NCBI GenBank assembly: GCA_032718475.1
Contig: JAUCBJ010002282.1
Location: 1 to 33,978 of the forward strand
Direction: 5' to 3'
DNA from: Nemertoderma westbladi
Taxonomy: Eukaryota; Animalia; Xenacoelomorpha
Length of the DNA stretch: 33,978 nt
The notes under the pieces were generated by a model, which was given only the letters and a program-made list of their open reading frames with translations, searched no databases and was not told the DNA's origin. Shown here piece by piece: positions 1 through 15,000 of this stretch (position 1 is the first letter of the stretch; each line of letters starts with the position of its first letter). The position numbers and the translations under genes were made by a program.

Positions 1-3000
1 GTTGAATCGCGTCAGTGGGTACCATACACGGATCGGTAACTATAGCAGGTTGAATCGCGTCAGTAGGTACCATACACGGATCGCTAACTATAACAGGTTG
101 AATCGTGTCAGTGGGTACCATACACGGATCGCTAACACCATAACAGGTTGAATCGCTTCAGTGGGTACCATACACGGATCGGTAACTATAGCAGGTTGAA
201 TCGCGTCAGTAGGTACCATACACGGATCGCTAACTATAACAGGTTGAATCGTGTCAGTGGGTACCATACACGGATCGCTAACTATAGCAGGTTGAATCGC
301 GTCAGTGGGTACCATACACGGATCGCTAACTATAGCAGGTTGAATCGCGTCAGTAGGTACCATACACGGATCGCTAACTATAGCAGGTTGAATCGCGTCA
401 GTGGGTACCATACACGGATCGCTAACTATAGCAGGTTGAATCGCGTCAGTAGGTACCATACACGGATCGCTAACTATAGCAGGTTGAATCGCGTCAGTAG
501 GTACCATACACGGATCGCTAACTATAGCAGGTTGGATCGCGTCAGTGGGTACCATATACGGATCGCTAACACTATAGCAGGTTGAATCGCGTCAGTAGGT
601 ACCATACACGGATCGCTAACTATAGCAGGTTGAATCGCGTCAGTAGGTACCATACACGGATCGCTAACTATAGCAGGTTGAATAGCGTCAGAGGGTACCA
701 TACACGGATCGCTAACTATAGAAGGTTGAATAGCGTCAGTGGGTACCATACACGGATCGCTAACTATAGCAGGTTGAATCGCGTCAGTAGGTACCATACA
801 CGGATCGCTAACTATAGAAGGTTGAATAGCGTCAGTGGGTACCATACACGGATCGCTAACTATAGCAGGTTGAATCGCGTCAGTAGGTACCATATACGGA
901 TCGCTAACACTATAGCAGGTTGGATCGCGTCAGTGGGTACCATACACGGATCGCTAACTATAGAAGGTTGAATAGCGTCAGTGGGTACCATACACGGATC
1001 GCTAACTATAGCAGGTTGAATCGCGTCAGTAGGTACCATACACGGATCGCTAACTATAGCAGGTTGAATCGCGTCAGTAGGTACCATATACGGATCGCTA
1101 ACACTATAGCAGGTTGGATCGCGTCAGTGGGTACCATACACGGATCGCTAACTATAGCAGGTTGAATCGCGTCAGTGGGTACCATACACGGATCGCTAAC
1201 ACTATAGCAGGTTGAATCGCTTCAGTGGGTACCATACACGGATCGCTAACTATAACAGGTTGAATCGTGTCAGTGGGTACCATACACGGATCGCTAACTA
1301 TAGCAGGTTGTATCGCGTCAGTGGGTACCATACACGGATCGCTAACTATAGCAGGTTGAATCGCGTCAGAGGGTACCATACACGGATCGCTAACTATAGC
1401 AGGTTGGATCGCGTCAGTAGGTACCATACATGGATCGCTAACTATAGCAGGTTGAATCGCGTCAGTGGGTACCATACACGGATCGCTAACTATAACAGGT
1501 TGAATAGCGTCAGTGGGTACCATACACGGATCGCTAACACTATAGCAGGTTGGATCGCGTCAGTGGGTACCATACACGGATCGCTAACACTATAGCAGGT
1601 TGAATCGCGTCAGTGGGTACCATACACGGATCGCTAACACTATAGCAGGTTGAATAGCGTCAGTGGGTACCATACACGGATCGGTAACACTATAGCAGGT
1701 TGAATAGCGTCAGAGGGTACCATACACGGATCGGTAACTATAGCAGGTTGAATCGCGTCAGAGGGTACCATACACGGATCGCTAACACTATAGCAGGTTG
1801 AATCGCGTCAGTGGGTACCATACACGGATCGCTAACACTATAGCAGGTTGAATAGCGTCAGTGGGTACCATACACGGATCGGTAACACTATAGCAGGTTG
1901 AATAGCGTCAGAGGGTACCATACACGGATCGGTAACTATAGCAGGTTGAATAGCGTCAGTAGGTACCATACACGGATCGCTAACTATAGCAGGTTGAATC
2001 GCGTCAGTAGGTACCATACACGGATCGGTAACTATAGCAGGTTGAATAGCGTCAGTGGGTACCATACACGGATCGCTAACTATAGCAGGTTGAATCGCGT
2101 CAGAGGGTACCATACACGGATCGCTAACTATAGCAGGTTGAATAGCGTCTGTGGGTACCATACACGGATCGCTAACTATAGCAGGTTGAATCGCGTCAGT
2201 AGGTACCATACACGGATCGCTAACACCATAACAGGTTGAATCGCTTCAGTGGGTACCATACACGGATCGGTAACTATAGCAGGTTGAATAGCGTCAGTAG
2301 GTACCATACACGGATCGCTAACTATAGCAGGTTGAATCGCGTCAGTAGGTACCATACACGGATCGGTAACTATAGCAGGTTGAATAGCGTCAGGGGTTCC
2401 ATACACGGATCGCTAACACTATAGCAGGTTGAATAGCGTCAGTGGGTACCATACACGGATCGGTAACACTATAGCAGGTTGAATAGCGTCAGAGGGTACC
2501 ATACACGGATCGGTAACTATAGCAGGTTGAATCGCGTCAGTGGGTACCATACACGGATCGCTAACTATAGCAGGTTGAATCGCGTCAGAGGGTACCATAC
2601 ACGGATCGCTAACTATAGCAGGTTGAATCGCGTCAGTGGGTACCATACACGGATCGCTAACTATAGCAGGTTGAATAGCGTCAGAGGGTACCATACACGG
2701 ATCGCTAACTATAACAGGTTGAATCGCGTCAGTAGGTACCATACACGGATCGCTAACTATAGAAGGTTGAATCGCGTCAGTGGGTACCATACACGGATCG
2801 CTAACTATAGCAGGTTGAATCGCGTCAGTAGGTACCATACACGGATCGCTAACTATAGCAGGTTGAATCGCGTCAGAGGGTACCATACACGGATCGCTAA
2901 CTATAGCAGGTTGAATCGCGTCAGTGGGTACCATACACGGATCGCTAACTATAGCAGGTTGAATAGCGTCAGTGGGTACCATACACGGATCGCTAACTAT

Positions 3001-6000
3001 AACAGGTTGAATCGCGTCAGAGGGTACCATACACGGATCGCTAACTATAACAGGTTGAATCGCGTCAGTGGGTACCATACACGGATCGCTAACTATAGCA
3101 GGTTGAATCGCGTCAGAGGGTACCATACACGGATCGCTAACTATAGCAGGTTGAATCGCGTCAGAGGGTACCATACACGGATCGCTAACTATAGCAGGTT
3201 GAATCGCGTCAGTAGGTACCATACACGGATCGCTAACTATAGCAGGTTGAATCGCGTCAGTAGGTACCATACACGGATCGCTAACTATAGCAGGTTGAAT
3301 CGCGTCAGTAGGTACCATACACGGATCGCTAACTATAGCAGGTTGAATAGCGTCAGAGGGTACCATACACGGATCGCTAACTATAGAAGGTTGAATAGCG
3401 TCAGTGGGTACCATACACGGATCGCTAACTATAGCAGGTTGAATCGCGTCAGTAGGTACCATACACGGATCGCTAACTATAGAAGGTTGAATAGCGTCAG
3501 TGGGTACCATACACGGATCGCTAACTATAGCAGGTTGAATCGCGTCAGTAGGTACCATATACGGATCGCTAACACTATAGCAGGTTGGATCGCGTCAGTG
3601 GGTACCATACACGGATCGCTAACTATAGAAGGTTGAATAGCGTCAGTGGGTACCATACACGGATCGCTAACTATAGCAGGTTGAATCGCGTCAGTAGGTA
3701 CCATACACGGATCGCTAACTATAGCAGGTTGAATCGCGTCAGTAGGTACCATATACGGATCGCTAACACTATAGCAGGTTGGATCGCGTCAGTGGGTACC
3801 ATACACGGATCGCTAACTATAGCAGGTTGAATCGCGTCAGTGGGTACCATACACGGATCGCTAACACTATAGCAGGTTGAATCGCTTCAGTGGGTACCAT
3901 ACACGGATCGCTAACTATAACAGGTTGAATCGTGTCAGTGGGTACCATACACGGATCGCTAACTATAGCAGGTTGTATCGCGTCAGTGGGTACCATACAC
4001 GGATCGCTAACTATAGCAGGTTGAATCGCGTCAGAGGGTACCATACACGGATCGCTAACTATAGCAGGTTGGATCGCGTCAGTAGGTACCATACATGGAT
4101 CGCTAACTATAGCAGGTTGAATCGCGTCAGTGGGTACCATACACGGATCGCTAACTATAACAGGTTGAATAGCGTCAGTGGGTACCATACACGGATCGCT
4201 AACACTATAGCAGGTTGGATCGCGTCAGTGGGTACCATACACGGATCGCTAACACTATAGCAGGTTGAATCGCGTCAGTGGGTACCATACACGGATCGCT
4301 AACTATAGCAGGTTGAATAGCGTCAGAGGGTACCATACACGGATCGGTAAATATAGCAGGTTGAATAGCGTCAGGGGGTACCATACACGGATCGCTAACA
4401 CTATAGCAGGTTGAATAGCGTCAGTGGGTACCATACACGGATCGGTAACACTATAGCAGGTTGAATAGCGTCAGAGGGTACCATACACGGATCGGTAACT
4501 ATAGCAGGTTGAATCGCGTCAGTGGGTACCATACACGGATCGGTAACTATAGCAGGTTGAATCGCGTCAGAGGGTACCATACACGGATCGCTAACTATAG
4601 CAGGTTGAATAGCGTCAGTGGGTACCATACACGGATCGCTAACTATAGCAGGTTGAATCGCGTCAGTAGGTACCATACACGGATCGCTAACTATAGCAGG
4701 TTGAATAGCGTCAGTGGGTACCATACACGGATCGCTAACTATAGCAGGTTGAATCGCGTCAGTAGGTACCATACACGGATCGCTAACTATAGCAGGTTGA
4801 ATCGCGTCAGAGGGTACCATACACGGATCGCTAACTATAGCAGGTTGAATCGCGTCAGAGGGTACCATACACGGATCGCTAACTATAGCAGGTTGAATCG
4901 CGTCAGTGGGTACCATACACGGATCGCTAACTATAGCAGGTTGAATAGCGTCAGTGGGTACCATACACGGATCGCTAACTATAACAGGTTGAATCGCGTC
5001 AGAGGGTACCATACACGGATCGCTAACTATAACAGGTTGAATCGCGTCAGTGGGTACCATACACGGATCGCTAACTATAGCAGGTTGAATCGCGTCAGAG
5101 GGTACCATACACGGATCGCTAACTATAGCAGGTTGAATCGCGTCAGAGGGTACCATACACGGATCGCTAACTATAGCAGGTTGAATCGCGTCAGTAGGTA
5201 CCATACACGGATCGCTAACTATAGCAGGTTGAATCGCGTCAGTAGGTACCATACACGGATCGCTAACTATAGCAGGTTGAATCGCGTCAGTAGGTACCAT
5301 ACACGGATCGCTAACTATAGCAGGTTGAATAGCGTCAGAGGGTACCATACACGGATCGCTAACTATAGAAGGTTGAATCGCGTCAGTAGGTACCATACAC
5401 GGATCGCTAACTATAGAAGGTTGAATAGCGTCAGTGGGTACCATACACGGATCGCTAACTATAGCAGGTTGAATCGCGTCAGTAGGTACCATATACGGAT
5501 CGCTAACACTATAGCAGGTTGGATCGCGTCAGTGGGTACCATACACGGATCGCTAACTATAGAAGGTTGAATAGCGTCAGTGGGTACCATACACGGATCG
5601 CTAACTATAGCAGGTTGAATCGCGTCAGTAGGTACCATACACGGATCGCTAACTATAGCAGGTTGAATCGCGTCAGTAGGTACCATATACGGATCGCTAA
5701 CACTATAGCAGGTTGGATCGCGTCAGTGGGTACCATACACGGATCGCTAACTATAGCAGGTTGAATCGCGTCAGTGGGTACCATACACGGATCGCTAACA
5801 CTATAGCAGGTTGAATCGCTTCAGTGGGTACCATACACGGATCGCTAACTATAACAGGTTGAATCGTGTCAGTGGGTACCATACACGGATCGCTAACTAT
5901 AGCAGGTTGTATCGCGTCAGTGGGTACCATACACGGATCGCTAACTATAGCAGGTTGAATCGCGTCAGAGGGTACCATACACGGATCGCTAACTATAGCA

Positions 6001-9000
6001 GGTTGGATCGCGTCAGTAGGTACCATACATGGATCGCTAACTATAGCAGGTTGAATCGCGTCAGTGGGTACCATACACGGATCGCTAACTATAACAGGTT
6101 GAATAGCGTCAGTGGGTACCATACACGGATCGCTAACACTATAGCAGGTTGGATCGCGTCAGTGGGTACCATACACGGATCGCTAACACTATAGCAGGTT
6201 GAATCGCGTCAGTGGGTACCATACACGGATCGCTAACTATAGCAGGTTGAATAGCGTCAGAGGGTACCATACACGGATCGGTAAATATAGCAGGTTGAAT
6301 AGCGTCAGGGGGTACCATACACGGATCGCTAACACTATAGCAGGTTGAATAGCGTCAGTGGGTACCATACACGGATCGGTAACACTATAGCAGGTTGAAT
6401 AGCGTCAGAGAGTACCATACACGGATCGGTAACTATAGCAGGTTGAATCGCGTCAGTGGGTACCATACACGGATCGCTAACTATAGCAGGTTGAATCGCG
6501 TCAGAGGGTACCATACACGGATCGCTAACTATAGCAGGTTGAATCGCGTCAGTGGGTACCATACACGGATCGCTAACTATAGAAGGTTGAATAGCGTCAG
6601 TGGGTACCATACACGGATCGCTAACTATAGCAGGTTGAATCGCGTCAGTAGGTACCATATACGGATCGCTAACTATAGCAGGTTGAATCGTGTCAGTGGG
6701 TACCATACACGGATCGCTAACTATAGCAGGTTGAATCGCGTCAGTGGGTACCATACACGGATCGCTAACTATAGCAGGTTGAATAGCGTCAGTGGGTACC
6801 ATACACGGATCGCTAACTATAGCAGGTTGAATCGTGTCAGTGGGTACCATACACGGATCGCTAACTATAGCAGGTTGAATCGCGTCAGTAGGTACCATAC
6901 ACGGATCGCTAACTATAGCAGGTTGAATCGTGTCAGTGGGTACCATACACGGATCGCTAACACCATAACAGGTTGAATCGCGTCAGTGGGTACCATACAC
7001 GGATCGGTAACTATAGCAGGTTGAATCGCGTCAGTAGGTACCATACACGGATCGCTAACTATAACAGGTTGAATCGTGTCAGTGGGTACCATACACGGAT
7101 CGCTAACACCATAACAGGTTGAATCGCTTCAGTGGGTACCATACACGGATCGGTAACTATAGCAGGTTGAATCGCGTCAGTAGGTACCATACACGGATCG
7201 CTAACTATAACAGGTTGAATCGTGTCAGTGGGTACCATACACGGATCGCTAACTATAGCAGGTTGAATCGCGTCAGTGGGTACCATACACGGATCGCTAA
7301 CTATAGCAGGTTGAATCGCGTCAGTAGGTACCATACACGGATCGCTAACTATAGCAGGTTGAATCGCGTCAGTGGGTACCATACACGGATCGCTAACTAT
7401 AGCAGGTTGAATCGCGTCAGTAGGTACCATACACGGATCGCTAACTATAGCAGGTTGAATCGCGTCAGTAGGTACCATACACGGATCGCTAACTATAGCA
7501 GGTTGGATCGCGTCAGTGGGTACCATATACGGATCGCTAACACTATAGCAGGTTGAATCGCGTCAGTAGGTACCATACACGGATCGCTAACTATAGCAGG
7601 TTGAATCGCGTCAGTAGGTACCATACACGGATCGCTAACTATAGCAGGTTGAATAGCGTCAGAGGGTACCATACACGGATCGCTAACTATAGAAGGTTGA
7701 ATAGCGTCAGTGGGTACCATACACGGATCGCTAACTATAGCAGGTTGAATCGCGTCAGTAGGTACCATACACGGATCGCTAACTATAGAAGGTTGAATAG
7801 CGTCAGTGGGTACCATACACGGATCGCTAACTATAGCAGGTTGAATCGCGTCAGTAGGTACCATATACGGATCGCTAACACTATAGCAGGTTGGATCGCG
7901 TCAGTGGGTACCATACACGGATCGCTAACTATAGAAGGTTGAATAGCGTCAGTGGGTACCATACACGGATCGCTAACTATAGCAGGTTGAATCGCGTCAG
8001 TAGGTACCATACACGGATCGCTAACTATAGCAGGTTGAATCGCGTCAGTAGGTACCATATACGGATCGCTAACACTATAGCAGGTTGGATCGCGTCAGTG
8101 GGTACCATACACGGATCGCTAACTATAGCAGGTTGAATCGCGTCAGTGGGTACCATACACGGATCGCTAACACTATAGCAGGTTGAATCGCTTCAGTGGG
8201 TACCATACACGGATCGCTAACTATAACAGGTTGAATCGTGTCAGTGGGTACCATACACGGATCGCTAACTATAGCAGGTTGTATCGCGTCAGTGGGTACC
8301 ATACACGGATCGCTAACTATAGCAGGTTGAATCGCGTCAGAGGGTACCATACACGGATCGCTAACTATAGCAGGTTGGATCGCGTCAGTAGGTACCATAC
8401 ATGGATCGCTAACTATAGCAGGTTGAATCGCGTCAGTGGGTACCATACACGGATCGCTAACTATAACAGGTTGAATAGCGTCAGTGGGTACCATACACGG
8501 ATCGCTAACACTATAGCAGGTTGGATCGCGTCAGTGGGTACCATACACGGATCGCTAACACTATAGCAGGTTGAATCGCGTCAGTGGGTACCATACACGG
8601 ATCGCTAACACTATAGCAGGTTGAATAGCGTCAGTGGGTACCATACACGGATCGGTAACACTATAGCAGGTTGAATAGCGTCAGAGGGTACCATACACGG
8701 ATCGGTAACTATAGCAGGTTGAATCGCGTCAGAGGGTACCATACACGGATCGCTAACACTATAGCAGGTTGAATCGCGTCAGTGGGTACCATACACGGAT
8801 CGCTAACACTATAGCAGGTTGAATAGCGTCAGTGGGTACCATACACGGATCGGTAACACTATAGCAGGTTGAATAGCGTCAGAGGGTACCATACACGGAT
8901 CGGTAACTATAGCAGGTTGAATAGCGTCAGTAGGTACCATACACGGATCGCTAACTATAGCAGGTTGAATCGCGTCAGTAGGTACCATACACGGATCGGT

Positions 9001-12000
9001 AACTATAGCAGGTTGAATAGCGTCAGTGGGTACCATACACGGATCGCTAACTATAGCAGGTTGAATCGCGTCAGAGGGTACCATACACGGATCGCTAACT
9101 ATAGCAGGTTGAATAGCGTCTGTGGGTACCATACACGGATCGCTAACTATAGCAGGTTGAATCGCGTCAGTAGGTACCATACACGGATCGCTAACACCAT
9201 AACAGGTTGAATCGCTTCAGTGGGTACCATACACGGATCGGTAACTATAGCAGGTTGAATAGCGTCAGTAGGTACCATACACGGATCGCTAACTATAGCA
9301 GGTTGAATCGCGTCAGTAGGTACCATACACGGATCGGTAACTATAGCAGGTTGAATAGCGTCAGGGGTTCCATACACGGATCGCTAACACTATAGCAGGT
9401 TGAATAGCGTCAGTGGGTACCATACACGGATCGGTAACACTATAGCAGGTTGAATAGCGTCAGAGGGTACCATACACGGATCGGTAACTATAGCAGGTTG
9501 AATCGCGTCAGTGGGTACCATACACGGATCGCTAACTATAGCAGGTTGAATCGCGTCAGAGGGTACCATACACGGATCGCTAACTATAGCAGGTTGAATC
9601 GCGTCAGTGGGTACCATACACGGATCGCTAACTATAGCAGGTTGAATAGCGTCAGAGGGTACCATACACGGATCGCTAACTATAACAGGTTGAATCGCGT
9701 CAGTAGGTACCATACACGGATCGCTAACTATAGAAGGTTGAATCGCGTCAGTGGGTACCATACACGGATCGCTAACTATAGCAGGTTGAATCGCGTCAGT
9801 AGGTACCATACACGGATCGCTAACTATAGCAGGTTGAATCGCGTCAGAGGGTACCATACACGGATCGCTAACTATAGCAGGTTGAATCGCGTCAGTGGGT
9901 ACCATACACGGATCGCTAACTATAGCAGGTTGAATAGCGTCAGTGGGTACCATACACGGATCGCTAACTATAACAGGTTGAATCGCGTCAGAGGGTACCA
10001 TACACGGATCGCTAACTATAACAGGTTGAATCGCGTCAGTGGGTACCATACACGGATCGCTAACTATAGCAGGTTGAATCGCGTCAGAGGGTACCATACA
10101 CGGATCGCTAACTATAGCAGGTTGAATCGCGTCAGAGGGTACCATACACGGATCGCTAACTATAGCAGGTTGAATCGCGTCAGTAGGTACCATACACGGA
10201 TCGCTAACTATAGCAGGTTGAATCGCGTCAGTAGGTACCATACACGGATCGCTAACTATAGCAGGTTGAATCGCGTCAGTAGGTACCATACACGGATCGC
10301 TAACTATAGCAGGTTGAATAGCGTCAGAGGGTACCATACACGGATCGCTAACTATAGAAGGTTGAATAGCGTCAGTGGGTACCATACACGGATCGCTAAC
10401 TATAGCAGGTTGAATCGCGTCAGTAGGTACCATACACGGATCGCTAACTATAGAAGGTTGAATAGCGTCAGTGGGTACCATACACGGATCGCTAACTATA
10501 GCAGGTTGAATCGCGTCAGTAGGTACCATATACGGATCGCTAACACTATAGCAGGTTGGATCGCGTCAGTGGGTACCATACACGGATCGCTAACTATAGA
10601 AGGTTGAATAGCGTCAGTGGGTACCATACACGGATCGCTAACTATAGCAGGTTGAATCGCGTCAGTAGGTACCATACACGGATCGCTAACTATAGCAGGT
10701 TGAATCGCGTCAGTAGGTACCATATACGGATCGCTAACACTATAGCAGGTTGGATCGCGTCAGTGGGTACCATACACGGATCGCTAACTATAGCAGGTTG
10801 AATCGCGTCAGTGGGTACCATACACGGATCGCTAACACTATAGCAGGTTGAATCGCTTCAGTGGGTACCATACACGGATCGCTAACTATAACAGGTTGAA
10901 TCGTGTCAGTAGGTACCATACACGGATCGCTAACTATAGCAGGTTGTATCGCGTCAGTGGGTACCATACACGGATCGCTAACTATAGCAGGTTGAATCGC
11001 GTCAGAGGGTACCATACACGGATCGCTAACTATAGCAGGTTGGATCGCGTCAGTAGGTACCATACATGGATCGCTAACTATAGCAGGTTGAATCGCGTCA
11101 GTGGGTACCATACACGGATCGCTAACTATAACAGGTTGAATAGCGTCAGTGGGTACCATACACGGATCGCTAACACTATAGCAGGTTGGATCGCGTCAGT
11201 GGGTACCATACACGGATCGCTAACACTATAGCAGGTTGAATCGCGTCAGTGGGTACCATACACGGATCGCTAACTATAGCAGGTTGAATAGCGTCAGAGG
11301 GTACCATACACGGATCGGTAAATATAGCAGGTTGAATAGCGTCAGGGGGTACCATACACGGATCGCTAACACTATAGCAGGTTGAATAGCGTCAGTGGGT
11401 ACCATACACGGATCGGTAACACTATAGCAGGTTGAATAGCGTCAGAGGGTACCATACATGGATCGCTAACTATAGCAGGTTGAATCGCGTCAGTGGGTAC
11501 CATACACGGATCGCTAACTATAACAGGTTGAATAGCGTCAGTGGGTACCATACACGGATCGCTAACACTATAGCAGGTTGGATCGCGTCAGTGGGTACCA
11601 TACACGGATCGCTAACACTATAGCAGGTTGAATCGCGTCAGTGGGTACCATACACGGATCGCTAACACTATAGCAGGTTGAATAGCGTCAGTGGGTACCA
11701 TACACGGATCGGTAACACTATAGCAGGTTGAATAGCGTCAGAGGGTACCATACACGGATCGGTAACTATAGCAGGTTGAATCGCGTCAGAGGGTACCATA
11801 CACGGATCGCTAACACTATAGCAGGTTGAATCGCGTCAGTGGGTACCATACACGGATCGCTAACACTATAGCAGGTTGAATAGCGTCAGTGGGTACCATA
11901 CACGGATCGGTAACACTATAGCAGGTTGAATAGCGTCAGAGGGTACCATACACGGATCGGTAACTATAGCAGGTTGAATAGCGTCAGTAGGTACCATACA

Positions 12001-15000
12001 CGGATCGCTAACTATAGCAGGTTGAATCGCGTCAGTAGGTACCATACACGGATCGGTAACTATAGCAGGTTGAATAGCGTCAGTGGGTACCATACACGGA
12101 TCGCTAACTATAGCAGGTTGAATCGCGTCAGAGGGTACCATACACGGATCGCTAACTATAGCAGGTTGAATAGCGTCTGTGGGTACCATACACGGATCGC
12201 TAACTATAGCAGGTTGAATCGCGTCAGTAGGTACCATACACGGATCGCTAACACCATAACAGGTTGAATCGCTTCAGTGGGTACCATACACGGATCGGTA
12301 ACTATAGCAGGTTGAATAGCGTCAGTAGGTACCATACACGGATCGCTAACTATAGCAGGTTGAATCGCGTCAGTAGGTACCATACACGGATCGGTAACTA
12401 TAGCAGGTTGAATAGCGTCAGGGGTTCCATACACGGATCGCTAACACTATAGCAGGTTGAATAGCGTCAGTGGGTACCATACACGGATCGGTAACACTAT
12501 AGCAGGTTGAATAGCGTCAGAGGGTACCATACACGGATCGGTAACTATAGCAGGTTGAATCGCGTCAGTGGGTACCATACACGGATCGCTAACTATAGCA
12601 GGTTGAATCGCGTCAGAGGGTACCATACACGGATCGCTAACTATAGCAGGTTGAATCGCGTCAGTGGGTACCATACACGGATCGCTAACTATAGCAGGTT
12701 GAATAGCGTCAGAGGGTACCATACACGGATCGCTAACTATAACAGGTTGAATCGCGTCAGTAGGTACCATACACGGATCGCTAACTATAGAAGGTTGAAT
12801 CGCGTCAGTGGGTACCATACACGGATCGCTAACTATAGCAGGTTGAATCGCGTCAGTAGGTACCATACACGGATCGCTAACTATAGCAGGTTGAATCGCG
12901 TCAGAGGGTACCATACACGGATCGCTAACTATAGCAGGTTGAATCGCGTCAGTGGGTACCATACACGGATCGCTAACTATAGCAGGTTGAATAGCGTCAG
13001 TGGGTACCATACACGGATCGCTAACTATAACAGGTTGAATCGCGTCAGAGGGTACCATACACGGATCGCTAACTATAACAGGTTGAATCGCGTCAGTGGG
13101 TACCATACACGGATCGCTAACTATAGCAGGTTGAATCGCGTCAGAGGGTACCATACACGGATCGCTAACTATAGCAGGTTGAATCGCGTCAGAGGGTACC
13201 ATACACGGATCGCTAACTATAGCAGGTTGAATCGCGTCAGTAGGTACCATACACGGATCGCTAACTATAGCAGGTTGAATCGCGTCAGTAGGTACCATAC
13301 ACGGATCGCTAACTATAGCAGGTTGAATCGCGTCAGTAGGTACCATACACGGATCGCTAACTATAGCAGGTTGAATAGCGTCAGAGGGTACCATACACGG
13401 ATCGCTAACTATAGAAGGTTGAATAGCGTCAGTGGGTACCATACACGGATCGCTAACTATAGCAGGTTGAATCGCGTCAGTAGGTACCATACACGGATCG
13501 CTAACTATAGAAGGTTGAATAGCGTCAGTGGGTACCATACACGGATCGCTAACTATAGCAGGTTGAATCGCGTCAGTAGGTACCATATACGGATCGCTAA
13601 CACTATAGCAGGTTGGATCGCGTCAGTGGGTACCATACACGGATCGCTAACTATAGAAGGTTGAATAGCGTCAGTGGGTACCATACACGGATCGCTAACT
13701 ATAGCAGGTTGAATCGCGTCAGTAGGTACCATACACGGATCGCTAACTATAGCAGGTTGAATCGCGTCAGTAGGTACCATATACGGATCGCTAACACTAT
13801 AGCAGGTTGGATCGCGTCAGTGGGTACCATACACGGATCGCTAACTATAGCAGGTTGAATCGCGTCAGTGGGTACCATACACGGATCGCTAACACTATAG
13901 CAGGTTGAATCGCTTCAGTGGGTACCATACACGGATCGCTAACTATAACAGGTTGAATCGTGTCAGTAGGTACCATACACGGATCGCTAACTATAGCAGG
14001 TTGTATCGCGTCAGTGGGTACCATACACGGATCGCTAACTATAGCAGGTTGAATCGCGTCAGAGGGTACCATACACGGATCGCTAACTATAGCAGGTTGG
14101 ATCGCGTCAGTAGGTACCATACATGGATCGCTAACTATAGCAGGTTGAATCGCGTCAGTGGGTACCATACACGGATCGCTAACTATAACAGGTTGAATAG
14201 CGTCAGTGGGTACCATACACGGATCGCTAACACTATAGCAGGTTGGATCGCGTCAGTGGGTACCATACACGGATCGCTAACACTATAGCAGGTTGAATCG
14301 CGTCAGTGGGTACCATACACGGATCGCTAACTATAGCAGGTTGAATAGCGTCAGAGGGTACCATACACGGATCGGTAAATATAGCAGGTTGAATAGCGTC
14401 AGGGGGTACCATACACGGATCGCTAACACTATAGCAGGTTGAATAGCGTCAGTGGGTACCATACACGGATCGGTAACACTATAGCAGGTTGAATAGCGTC
14501 AGAGGGTACCATACACGGATCGGTAACTATAGCAGGTTGAATCGCGTCAGTGGGTACCATACACGGATCGGTAACTATAGCAGGTTGAATCGCGTCAGAG
14601 GGTACCATACACGGATCGCTAACTATAGCAGGTTGAATAGCGTCAGTGGGTACCATACACGGATCGCTAACTATAGCAGGTTGAATCGCGTCAGTAGGTA
14701 CCATACACGGATCGCTAACTATAGCAGGTTGAATAGCGTCAGTGGGTACCATACACGGATCGCTAACTATAGCAGGTTGAATCGCGTCAGTAGGTACCAT
14801 ACACGGATCGCTAACTATAGCAGGTTGAATCGCGTCAGAGGGTACCATACACGGATCGCTAACTATAGCAGGTTGAATCGCGTCAGTGGGTACCATACAC
14901 GGATCGCTAACTATAGCAGGTTGAATAGCGTCAGTGGGTACCATACACGGATCGCTAACTATAACAGGTTGAATCGCGTCAGAGGGTACCATACACGGAT

